Positions 12,262 through 21,082 of a stretch of 64,000 bases of DNA are shown piece by piece. The stretch spans positions 1 to 64,000 of the forward strand of contig CAVPSJ010000013.1 of NCBI GenBank assembly GCA_963708295.1, in the 5' to 3' direction. Source of the DNA: an uncultured delta proteobacterium. Its GTDB lineage: Bacteria > Desulfobacterota > BSN033 > UBA1163. A program made the translations under genes and the position numbers. Position 1 is the stretch's first letter; each line of letters opens with the position of its first letter. The notes under the pieces were generated by a model. The model worked only from the letters and a program-made list of their open reading frames with translations, was not told where the DNA came from and made no database searches.

Positions 12262-12350
12262 CCCCTGTCAAGAGAGAAAACGAAAAAATTTTATCTTTTA
12301 TAAAAACAGTAATTTAGAGAACTGGTTTGTTAGAGGAAAAAAGATAGACC

Positions 12351-12797
12351 TTACTTCAGCAAATAATCATCGAGGACTAATATTTTGATCTCAGACACTC
12401 TCTTTAAATCTGGATCATTTGTCAGAAACTTGGTTGCCCCATACAGGACACCCACGGCAATCTGTAGTGCATCAGGAGTCCTCATGGAATACTTTGCCCG
12501 AAGCCTCGATGCCATCTCGGATACTTCGTGGAAGATCTCGAAAGTGGTTAGGCCCTCAGAGGACAGGAGGATTTCACGGTATTTTTCTGCCAGGGCTCCA
12601 TTTCCGGTCCTGAGAGGATGAACCAATACCTCCAGAAGTGTGATGGTAGAGGTAATCGCCTCGATATTCCGGGAAGCAATTTCAACGAATACAGGACGTA
12701 TCATTTCCCGATATTTTGCGTGCTCTTCAATAAAGTAAATAATAGGAGCCGTGTCGATGCAAATCTTGTGCCCTTGTAGTTCATCTACTAATCCCAA
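12351..12797 (-). CDS. vapC: PIN-domain (VapC) toxin
   Basis: IDTAPIIY, TLLEVL, RTPDALQIA, TNDPDL. Confidence 0.92.
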   Translation of the reverse strand: MGLVDELQGHKICIDTAPIIYFIEEHAKYREMIRPVFVEIASRNIEAITSTITLLEVLVHPLRTGNGALAEKYREILLSSEGLTTFEIFHEVSEMASRLRAKYSMRTPDALQIAVGVLYGATKFLTNDPDLKRVSEIKILVLDDYLLK

Positions 12798-13021
12798 GAT
12801 TCCCTCTCCTTACGGACGTATTGCTGAGCATCCATCTGCTTCCATATATGTGCGCCTAATCCTTCGAGTTCCATAACGCTATGTTTTGCCTTTTTTTGTT
12901 TAAGCTTTTTTTTCAAGCTAGCAGACATGATTTCAATTAGACTCAATTGCTCATCTGGTCTCAGGTGTTCAATTCCTCTGACAAAATCCTCAAAACGAAG
13001 GGTTGACTTCTTTGCAGTCAT
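12788..13021 (-). CDS. Putative antitoxin partner of VapC
   Basis: 77 aa, overlaps the toxin start, ELEGLGAHIW..DAQQYVRKERESWD tail, GGAGG RBS. Confidence 0.75.
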   Translation of the reverse strand: MTAKKSTLRFEDFVRGIEHLRPDEQLSLIEIMSASLKKKLKQKKAKHSVMELEGLGAHIWKQMDAQQYVRKERESWD

Positions 13022-13255
13022 AGGGTTGCCTCCTTGCAGGGTATTACTTCTGGATCCTTCCAGGGACACTTTACTCAGGTTCTGTCGAAAAAATATTCGT
13101 GTTCGTCGGCTGCTGTTCGTATTCTTACTGCAAGATTATTGTAGCAAATCTGGCAGAAAAGTCAAAAAATACCTTCAGAGGGGTTATCTCTCACGAAGTC
13201 CGGGTCAGGTTTTGTTTTTTCTTTCATTCGAAAACGGTTCTGTTTTTTTTACCTC

Positions 13256-13480
13256 CTGACTCCAGGGTAAAATCTTGAAGCATTCACTTTGGCGATGGTT
13301 TTCCAGGCGGATAGCTTGGAAGAGGCCGTTATTAGAATGATTAGCCATTTGTGGCGTCCACGATAATAAGTCGCTGACCAAGTCATATGAGATGATGGGA
13401 AGAGAAGGAAAATGGAGAAAAGTAATGAGGAAAAGAAAGATTAGAGAAAATGGGAAGATGAGAAAGGGGTTTACTCATGA
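13256..13480 (-). pseudogene. Copy 2: diverged, truncated 5' end of the beta-helix gene
   Basis: WSATYY...AWKTIAKVNASRFYPG with frameshifts; homology stops at 13256. Confidence 0.85.
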
Positions 13481-13589
13481 TTTCTTAGCAATTGATGCTG
13501 GCGAAATATGTACCCATCATAATTCAAGACCGAGAGAATTTCAATTTTTAGTGGGCAAACACCGCAAGTTTCAGGGTCCAGGTCGCAAG

Positions 13590-13740
13590 TTACAAGTTAC
13601 AGTGTAGCTCGTAGCAGATGGCCTCTATGAATAATGAGAAAAAAACGCTATAGATAGGAGTCACGATGGGCATAGGAATCCCAGGTTTTGTATAAGAACG
13701 ATGCCTACCTTCTTGTCTGGCAGCAGTTCCTGGGTGAAGA
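13590..13740 (-). pseudogene. HicA-like toxin remnant
   Basis: RQEGRHRSYTKPGIPMPIVTP resembles the HicA R.xGSH..Y.KPG..P core; N-terminus missing. Confidence 0.45.
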
Positions 13741-13743
13741 CAC

Positions 13744-14142
13744 CTAAGGGAGAATACTAAATCCTTGTTCTTTGAAATGCGAGTCAAAGGTGAAAGCGGT
13801 CTTGATTCCAGAATTGCGCATTAGCTCGAAACTGACACAGTCAACGAGACTGAGTCCTCGCCTGGACGCAGAGAGCAAAGCAGCGACGCCTAATCGATGC
13901 AGGTCAGAGGTAACGAATTCCACATGGAGAATGGGAACCAAATCTTCCTGGAATCCTCTTGCTGCGTCGAACCCCAGCCGACTTTGTAGAAGCGCAAAGC
14001 TTTCCAGAAGAACATAATTGCTTGTTACCAAAGCGTATCCGGCATCAAGTATCTCGGTCCATAATCTCTTGCCCCTTTGGTGGTTTTTATCATCCCTGTC
14101 GAGCAGGGCATAGAATGCTGAGGTGTCTATAAATATTCTCAT
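13744..14142 (-). CDS. vapC: PIN-domain (VapC) toxin
   Basis: IFIDTSAFYAL, TSNYVLLE, SLVDCVSF, FTFDSHF. Confidence 0.92.
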   Translation of the reverse strand: MRIFIDTSAFYALLDRDDKNHQRGKRLWTEILDAGYALVTSNYVLLESFALLQSRLGFDAARGFQEDLVPILHVEFVTSDLHRLGVAALLSASRRGLSLVDCVSFELMRNSGIKTAFTFDSHFKEQGFSILP

Positions 14143-14387
14143 TTGCCATAAGCCTCTACGAGGTACGCGTCATGCTTTCTCGAAACATCCTGCCTCCCTG
14201 ATCTGAATTTCCCGACGATTTCAAGAGCGCGCTTGTGTCTTTCCTCCGTACCGGCGGTCGGGTTCACACTGATGATCCCATCAACGGCGCGGCGTATGAC
14301 TTCGGCAACTGACACCCCCTGAGCATTTGCTATTTTTTTGACAGCCTTTACTTGTTCTTCGTTCAACTGAATCTGGGTTCTTACCAT
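14139..14387 (-). CDS. Ribbon-helix-helix (CopG-like) antitoxin
   Basis: MVRTQIQL..GVSVAEVIRRAVD..DVSRKHDAYL; ATGA overlap with the toxin. Confidence 0.85.
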   Translation of the reverse strand: MVRTQIQLNEEQVKAVKKIANAQGVSVAEVIRRAVDGIISVNPTAGTEERHKRALEIVGKFRSGRQDVSRKHDAYLVEAYGK

Positions 14388-14660
14388 AATGCCTCCAATG
14401 ATTACATATCTGCCAACATGATAACAGAGCCAGCAAGCGATGTCAATAAAAAAGCGGGTCATTCAGCAACCAAGAGTCAGGGGATGTGTGACGTAAAGGG
14501 GGGGGCGTAGGTTCTAAAACAACTTTGCAAATTCGGGGGGACTTGCTGTCATTAAAAAAGGGGACGTTCATGCAGAACGTGCGTAGTTTCCGGATGTATC
14601 GTCCAAAGTTTTGAATTGGGGGACGTAAAAGAAAAGGCGACGGCTCTGTTTTTTTGCCTC

Positions 14661-15214
14661 CTGATTCCGGGGTTAAATCTTGAAGCATTAACTTTAACGA
14701 TGGTTTTCCAGGCACTTGATTCAGAAAGGCCAGTATTACCATCATTGCCATTTGTGGCGTCGACGTAATAGGTGGCTGACCAGGCATCAGAGATAATGGG
14801 AAAATGGGAGGATGAGATTATCGGAAGCAGTGTAAACCCCGTTAGAAAAGAGAGGGTTTTAACGCCGCCTTTTCTATAAGGAATTGAAATTCTATTTATA
14901 TAATCCCCGCCATAAATGGTGGGAATTTCTAACGGGGTAAATGGGATGATGAGTATTAGGCTCAAAACGAGAGGAAAATATTTCAAGCTTGCCAATCCTA
15001 AAAGCATTTTTATAAATGACATGAAGAAGTTCCTCTGTTCCGTAATTAACTTAAGAGGTCGCCTTATTTCATCCGCCTACGCAGGAGACCATGCCTGCGT
15101 GCTGTAACGCCTGCCTGCACGAAGCGTTTCGGCGAAGGCAGGCACTTCGGCGTGCAAGCACGGGCTTGGCTGTGGAGGAATGCGTAACTCTGGATGATGA
15201 CCCTTTCTGCAACA
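14661..15214 (-). repeat. Copy 3: leader + truncated 5' end of the beta-helix gene (ORF 14552-15022)
   Basis: ~555 bp direct repeat of 16284-16838; homology to the gene ends just after SRFNPG. Confidence 0.92.
14836..14938. mobile_element. 103-bp MITE-like insertion
   Basis: 13-bp terminal inverted repeats ACCCCGTTAGAAA/TTTCTAACGGGGT, AA duplication, absent from copy 1. Confidence 0.85.
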
Positions 15215-15465
15215 TCTCCCTTCATATCGTCAACCTTTTAGTTTGCATTTAATTTGATCGCGAATGTCTTGCTATCACTGCAACTGACAGTTACATTCCA
15301 CTGAGGGCTCTCGTTTCCCTCTCGATCGTAAGCCGTAAAACAAAGAGGGGCAAATCTAAACAATACGCTTTGTAGAGCTTTTAATACTTTGGGCAATAGA
15401 AATAAGGTGTTTGAATTTGTAGTTGATAGACCAACCGGATCTGTTCTTTTTCAAATTCTTCCTCA

Positions 15466-15762
15466 TTATGGTCTTAAAGAGAGCTTTAAACTTCTTAGGA
15501 CTCTTTCCAGGAGCTTTCGATCGATGACTCGCAGAATCATTACGGTGTTTCCCTGGATATGATACAAAACCCTGAAACCCCCTGAACGCAATCGGTAAAC
15601 AGGCGGTCTAAAACCCCTAAGGCGCTTGATATGGGTTCCAGAAGGGAATGGAGCAGATTCTAGGGCTTTCAGGTCTTGATGAATTTTATCCCGAAACTCT
15701 TTTGAAATGTCTTTAAGATCATCGGTGGCGTGTTCGGTCAAATTGACCTGGAATTTATTCAT
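15466..15762 (-). CDS. RelE/ParE-family toxin
   Basis: IKRLRG..VYRLRSGGFRVLY..ILRVIDRK. Confidence 0.88.
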   Translation of the reverse strand: MNKFQVNLTEHATDDLKDISKEFRDKIHQDLKALESAPFPSGTHIKRLRGFRPPVYRLRSGGFRVLYHIQGNTVMILRVIDRKLLERVLRSLKLSLRP

Positions 15763-16012
15763 TGAGTTTTGCGAGATACTCTTTCAAGGATACGACTTTT
15801 CCAGCCTGAATGTCTTTTTCGGCTTCGGCGATCATTTTTTGGATCGCCCGACTATTTTCCAGGACAAAATCCTCAAGGTCATCTTCTTTGAGAGGTGTGA
15901 TTGAAGCAGCGGGTTTTCCCCTAAAGGTAATGATCACCGGGCTTCCTTTCATGACCTCTCTTAGGATCGCGTTGGTTTTATTTTTTAACTCGACGGTGTT
16001 TGTGACTCGCAT
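15755..16012 (-). CDS. Phd/YefM-family antitoxin
   Basis: ELKNKTNAILREV..PVIITFRGKP; overlaps the toxin. Confidence 0.9.
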   Translation of the reverse strand: MRVTNTVELKNKTNAILREVMKGSPVIITFRGKPAASITPLKEDDLEDFVLENSRAIQKMIAEAEKDIQAGKVVSLKEYLAKLNE

Positions 16013-16261
16013 CGTTTCCTCCTTTGCTAAAAGTTTACATAGCTATTATAATAGCCTTTTCTGATAAAGGCAAGAATGACATGTGCCGGAAGGAATAGGA
16101 GGTCGATTCCTGTTATTGTACCAAAAAAATCGACCCCCTAAAAGATAAACGCAATTGGAAGGCCAGGGGGTCAAACCTTCAAAATTCGGCTACCATTCTT
16201 TCTTTAACGGATGAATTCCTTTTGTGATTTAATTAAAGAATAAGGATTTAACTTTACCCCT

Positions 16262-16838
16262 CTTCTCCTCTTTTAATCAAAATCTGATTCCCAGGGTAAA
16301 ATCTTGAGGCATTGACTTTGGCGATGGTTTTCCAAGCGCTTGACATGGAAAGTCCATTATTACTGTTATTGCCATTTGCGGCGTCTACGTAGTAGGTGGC
16401 TCACCAGGCATCTGAGATAATGGGAAAATGGGAGGATGAGATTATCGGAAGCAGTGTAAACCCCGTTAGAAAAGAGAGGGTTTTAACGCCGCCTTTTCTA
16501 TAAGGAATTGAAATTCTATTTATATAATCCCCGCCATAAATGGTGGGAATTTCTAACGGGGTAAATGGGATGATGAGTATTAGGCTCAAAACGAGAGGAA
16601 AATATTTCAAGCTTGCCAATCCTAAAAGCATTTTTATGAATGACATGAAGAAGTTCCTCTATTCCGTAATTAACTTAAGAGGTCGCCTTATTTCATCCGC
16701 CTACGCAGGAGACCATGCCTGCGTGCTGTAACGCCTGCCTGCACGAAGCGTTTCGGCGAAGGCAGGCACTTCGGCGTGCAAGCACGGCCTTGGCTGTGGA
16801 GGAATGCGTAAGTCTGGATGATTACCCTTTCTGCAACA
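16262..16838 (-). repeat. Copy 4: leader + truncated 5' end of the beta-helix gene, with a nonsense codon
   Basis: ATG at 16646, DAW*ATYYVDAANG...RFYPGNQILIKRGE; TGA at 16401-16403 where copy 3 has Ser. Confidence 0.92.
16460..16562. mobile_element. 103-bp MITE-like insertion (same as 14836-14938)
   Basis: Same terminal inverted repeats and internal sequence. Confidence 0.85.
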
Positions 16839-16959
16839 GGTTTGCATGCTTCGTAAGATTTACGAAAGTAGTTGCAATATCGTTGAGAAATAGTTACAGT
16901 AAAATCTCAATAAGTAGGTGGTTGAAATAAATTAATAATTTCAGTAAAATAATATCGGG

Positions 16960-17035
16960 GCCGGCGTGGCTCAGTTGGTAGAGCGAGTGATTCGTAATCA
17001 CTAGGTCGGGGGTTCAAATCCCTTCGCCGGCTCCA
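16960..17035 (+). tRNA. tRNA-Thr (anticodon CGT)
   Basis: GCCGGCG acceptor, D arm GCTCAGTTGGTAGAGC, anticodon arm AGTGA-TTCGTAA-TCACT, GGTTCAAATCC, encoded CCA; 76 nt. Confidence 0.97.
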
Positions 17036-17095
17036 TTAACTTGTTGAAGATGCTGGAGGTTTTAAGCGTTAGGCAGTTGGTTAGAAATTGAGATT

Positions 17096-17556
17096 TCATC
17101 TTTTCCCACTATTGAGTATCAATTTTTCAATTTGCTCTCTCCGATAACTCATATCTGACCCCATGTAAAAATCAACCGTGGTCTTCATGTTTGTGTGTCG
17201 CAATTGGTCTTTGATCGCCAGGGTAGGGACCCCTTTACGGTGCCTGAGGCTCGCTGTCGTATGCCTCAATTCCTTCCAACTGAAATGCTTTGTGTCGGTT
17301 CCAACAGCCTTCAAAACCCCCTTGAAGGGCTTGTGAATATGCCATTGTCTGAAGGGTTCCCCGTTGGCTTGATAAAATACCCACTCGGAGCGCTTAGGAA
17401 GGCCCTCAAAGAGGTCAATCAACTCCCTCTGCATTTATACCCACCCCTTATTTTTTGGCCTCTGCCTGTAAGGTCTTTCAAGGTCCTTGTAGAGGGAAGG
17501 TAGATCACTCCGTCTTTGAGGTCAATCCATTCCCACCGAAGACCCAACAGCTCATT
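17096..17556 (-). pseudogene. Tyrosine recombinase/integrase, C-terminal remnant
   Basis: NELLGLRWEWIDL (upstream frame), then ELRHTTAS, QLRHTNMKTT..FY; N-terminal domains absent. Confidence 0.85.
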
Positions 17557-17717
17557 GGAATCATAAGATTCTCTGTGTAGAAAGAAAGAGGGGTGTTATC
17601 CTCTTGGGAGATTTTTGGTCAAAATTGGATCCCAATGGAAAGGAGGTCAATAAATCATTGCAAGTCGATGTCCATTGGTTTTATACTATATAAGTTCTAA
17701 AAAAAGGGGCTCCATAA

Positions 17718-18614
17718 ATGTATGATAAGGACTTTATTTATTCGGAACGAGATCTGAACTATGTTCCTTGCGATCACTGTGGATCAGATACAACTGAGGT
17801 TTTGTTTGAGAAGAATGGATTCAAATATGTAAAATGCCGCAACTGCGATCTTGTATATGTGAACCCACGGTTAAAAGATCCTCCAGGACATCAGGAAGCC
17901 TTCTATAACGATTTAATTGCTTCTTTTGGCGACCTCGATAAGCAAGCTCACCATGACTATACCGGTTCCCGAAGAAAAAGGTTGCTGAAAGAAGCAGCTA
18001 TGTATCTCCCCTATAATCTAAACGGGAGAATTCTTGATATAGGGTGTGGATTCGGAGGTTTTTTGAAGGGGGCAGCAGAGCAAGGATGGAAGCATCCCGA
18101 GGGCATTGAGATCGCTCCTGTGGCCGCGGAATATACATCTAAATTCTTTCCAGTAAAAATGAAACCCTTTGAAGAAATACAATATAACGATTATTCTTTC
18201 GACGTTATACGCCTGAATAACGTAATTGAACATTTACCGAGTCCTAAGTCCCTAATATTGTCAGCATATAATAATTTACGTTCTGGTGGCCTTTTAGTAA
18301 TATCTACACCAAATTTCGGCTCATTATCAGTGACTCTATGCCGAGAAAAATGGCAGTATATAGGAGGAGATGATCATATTTATTTATTCGCTCCTAAAAC
18401 AATCTCACAAATGCTAGGTGCAAACGGGTTCAAAGTTGTGAACATAAGAACTAAAGGAATTCATATTACCCCCAAGTATCATGTAAAGAAGCGTTCTTCA
18501 TATCGGGGGAAATTACTCCATAATCAGATAGAAATCATTGAAAAAGTTTTGGATGTTTTTGTTAGGCGTACATTATGGGGCCATAGATTAAAAGTTTGGG
18601 CAGAAAAAGGATGA
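17718..18614 (+). CDS. Class I SAM-dependent methyltransferase with N-terminal Zn ribbon
   Basis: CDHC..CRNC, ILDIGCGFG, VIEHLPSP, LVISTPN. Confidence 0.9.
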   Translation: MYDKDFIYSERDLNYVPCDHCGSDTTEVLFEKNGFKYVKCRNCDLVYVNPRLKDPPGHQEAFYNDLIASFGDLDKQAHHDYTGSRRKRLLKEAAMYLPYNLNGRILDIGCGFGGFLKGAAEQGWKHPEGIEIAPVAAEYTSKFFPVKMKPFEEIQYNDYSFDVIRLNNVIEHLPSPKSLILSAYNNLRSGGLLVISTPNFGSLSVTLCREKWQYIGGDDHIYLFAPKTISQMLGANGFKVVNIRTKGIHITPKYHVKKRSSYRGKLLHNQIEIIEKVLDVFVRRTLWGHRLKVWAEKG

Positions 18615-18927
18615 TCTCCATCAAGAGATTGCATTTCTGTACCAATGTCCGATATGGCCCAACAAATGGATTCCCACTCTTTGTAGCAACTGAGCCGGGC
18701 GCCTACGTCCCCGGGCTTGTCCAATGAAAGCAACCCTTGCCTAAACCAGCGTGGGATAGGTAACATGCCTCTTAGGCACATTTGGAAAAATAGTGAGGAG
18801 GCACGAACGACCCTCCCACTATTTTCCCACTCTTAACTGACAAAATAGGATAAAAAGAGTTAAAAGTCATTATAGATTTTGTAAATTTATTCATTAACTT
18901 ATTGAAATCATTTGCCTCCTAATACCT

Positions 18928-18974
18928 ATTCGTAATCACTAGGTCGGAGGTTCAAATCCCTTCGCCGGCTCCAT
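18928..18974 (+). repeat. attR, duplicated 3' half of tRNA-Thr
   Basis: ATTCGTAATCACTAGGTCGGAGGTTCAAATCCCTTCGCCGGCTCCAT. Confidence 0.93.
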
Positions 18975-19015
18975 CAAATCAAATAACTTAAACGGTTTTC
19001 CGTCACAAAAAAGTT

Positions 19016-19513
19016 TCACAATTTTTGGCTATTCTTAACCCTTGCTCCTGACATCATCTGTTCGGGCATCTTCACGGCGACGACCTCACCAGTCGCACAT
19101 ATCTCCCCGGCGGCTGAAACGGTAGTGCTGATTACAACTTTACGCTCCTTGATCTCTTTGATCCTCCCCCGGACTTCCAGAGGTATTCCCAGTGGTGTAG
19201 GGCGCCTATATTCTACATGAAGCGACGCCGTAACAAAACGCAGAGGTGGCTCCGTACCCATCTCGCGCCCTTCGGCACGGTATGTCGCTGCCGCCGCTGT
19301 CCCTGTGCTGTGACAGTCGATGATCGAAGCAATGAGGCCGCCGTAGACGTAGCCTGGGATCGCGATATGATAAGGGCGAGGGTTAAGAATGGCGACCGTT
19401 TCTTCCCCGTCCCAGTAGCTCTTGAGGCTCAGTCCCTGTTCATTGAGCCGACCGCAACCGTAGCAATGGCTTAGTTCATCCGGGTAGTAGTCTTGAAATG
19501 CTTTCCGATCCAT
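19016..19513 (-). CDS. PaaI-family (hotdog) thioesterase
   Basis: CYGCG..N, YGGLIASIIDCH, VTASLHVEY..PTP. Confidence 0.88.
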   Translation of the reverse strand: MDRKAFQDYYPDELSHCYGCGRLNEQGLSLKSYWDGEETVAILNPRPYHIAIPGYVYGGLIASIIDCHSTGTAAAATYRAEGREMGTEPPLRFVTASLHVEYRRPTPLGIPLEVRGRIKEIKERKVVISTTVSAAGEICATGEVVAVKMPEQMMSGARVKNSQKL

Positions 19514-20081
19514 ATCAGTATCTCTCCCATTTCCCCCCGGCGACTGAATTCAGACGAACTTGGTATGGAATATATCACATTTCAGCTGTCGGGTCCCGAA
19601 ATAACTTTACGCCATTTCTCTCCTCACTCCCCTCTTGAAGAAATTCGAGTATAAGAAACGCACTTCAACACATAATCAGGAAAATTCCCCCCTCGCCCTC
19701 ACCCTCTCGGAGACTGTGTCGCAATATCCTGTGTGAGGGGAGGGGCAGTCGGGTTGCAAAGCTTCAGAACGCGGGTCTTTTGAGTATGGGGAACCGTCGT
19801 TGGCTCAAAATTGAATGTCTTCATATGGTTGGCGACCCTGAATCCAAACGGGGTAAGGTTGCCACTCTGAATCTTTTTCACCTAACTACTCCTCCTTTTT
19901 TCTGGAAAGCTGTATTTTCGTATTACGAACGGTCTCCTGAAGAGGGGTGCCCTTGTTGGGGGTGGGGGGGTGGCGACAATTGGGGATTTTTGTGAAAAAT
20001 GCTTCCACTTTTGTTTTTGACCAGGGTTGCTAAATTAGAAAAAGCTATTTAATTTCCGTAGCCTATTGTCACGGAGAGGCC

Positions 20082-20097
20082 TGGCACTGAAATTGCT
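20082..20097 (+). promoter_or_regulatory. Sigma-54 (-24/-12) promoter
   Basis: TGGCAC-TGAAA-TTGCT matches the TGGCAC-N5-TTGCW consensus, just upstream of the 20131 ORF. Confidence 0.75.
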
Positions 20098-20130
20098 CTC
20101 TTACAAAGGAAAATTGATCGGAGGATTACA

Positions 20131-20370
20131 ATGGTAGCCTATGAATATTATTTGCATGACGAATCTAGATTTGAATTAATCGGTGTGTTACCGGAAAGAA
20201 GGAAAGAGACGGATAGGGTTACTCAAGAATCCATCCTCGGGTTTGGGAAGAAGTTCTGGGGTGATAAGATGGATAATGGCAATATCCTTTTCATTCGGGT
20301 AGAAATTGATAAAGGAACGGGGCAAATGATCCGTCCTAAGCCTCCTTTGGGATTTGACTTCGAGAACTAA
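20131..20370 (+). CDS. Small hypothetical protein
   Basis: GGAGG RBS, sigma-54 promoter, 79 aa. Confidence 0.7.
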   Translation: MVAYEYYLHDESRFELIGVLPERRKETDRVTQESILGFGKKFWGDKMDNGNILFIRVEIDKGTGQMIRPKPPLGFDFEN

Positions 20371-20406
20371 CAATCAGAGTCAGGTGCCAGGGGATGAGGA
20401 AAGAGA

Positions 20407-20610
20407 CTACCTTCTTGTTTCCCTTGGCTCCGCCCGCATCCATTCAAAGGTCTCAGCCCCTTCCTGCGATGAATAATAGGCGCCGCATTTGGCGCACCGG
20501 ATGACCAGGCCTTTCGATGTCTCCCCAGTGGTCCATGAGCACCCAAAGCAACATAAGGAAATGATGACAAAAACAGCCAGTGTGCAGAAAATGATCTTTC
20601 TTTTGCCCAT
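20407..20610 (-). CDS. Small putative lipoprotein
   Basis: Basic N-terminus, hydrophobic stretch, FGC lipobox, CAKC; GGAGG RBS. Confidence 0.6.
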   Translation of the reverse strand: MGKRKIIFCTLAVFVIISLCCFGCSWTTGETSKGLVIRCAKCGAYYSSQEGAETFEWMRAEPRETRR

Positions 20611-20767
20611 AGAATGGAACCCTCCCTTTCGTCCTAATCGTTCTTTCTTTGCTATGATGCTTCAAATCTGTAGGTAATTCAACAGCTTTTGAAAATTATC
20701 CGCAACGTCATCCTAAGACAGATAGTAGATTATATCAAATTAATAGTACATCATGAAATTCCCGATA

Positions 20768-20938
20768 TTTTACCCCGGGAGCAGAAAGCCACGGGATGTC
20801 GCCCCGCCCTGGCGTTAGTCAGGTGCCACGGGCTTTGCCTGCGGAGCCTCGGGTCGAAGGCAAGCCCGGGTCTTGGGTTCTATGAGCTCGCCGTCTCGAG
20901 CAAAGCCGAGGGACAGGTCGTGGGGTCGAAGGGTTGAC
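20768..20938. repeat. Composite palindromic element ending GTCGAAGGGTTGAC
   Basis: Shares CTCGGGTCGAAGGCAAGCCCGGG with 28573 and GAGCAAAGCCGAGGG with 27679. Confidence 0.75.
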
Positions 20939-21082
20939 TTAAGCGAAGGAATTGACGAAAATGGAGTGATAACGAAAGATGAAAAGGCTTCATATGGACG
21001 CGAAGACTGTGATGATAAGGGGCTATTTTAAAATATCCATGTGGTAGAGAAGGGAAATTGAAGGTTTTCCTAGAATCGCTCG

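Larger units (their letters stand above)
16990..18974. mobile_element. Small integrated island at tRNA-Thr bounded by 47-bp att repeats
   Basis: 16990-17036 is repeated at 18928-18974 with one mismatch; integrase remnant next to the tRNA. Confidence 0.9.

Noticed and set aside
12030-16260. Classical integron cassette array
   Set aside because: No IntI gene, and I could not identify attC sites (RYYYAAC...GTTRRRY) between the TA modules
16401-16403. In-frame TGA in copy 4 as selenocysteine/readthrough
   Set aside because: It aligns with Ser/Ala at the signal-peptide cleavage region of an already truncated copy; a nonsense mutation is more likely
9112-16838. Diversity-generating retroelement or invertible shufflon
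   Set aside because: No reverse transcriptase, differences are not adenine-restricted, and all repeats are direct rather than inverted
18928-18974. Second tRNA gene
   Set aside because: Lacks the 5' half; it is the att duplication
19699-19881. 60-aa ORF with a good RBS
   Set aside because: No recognisable family and its 3' end runs into a repeat hairpin; not enough support
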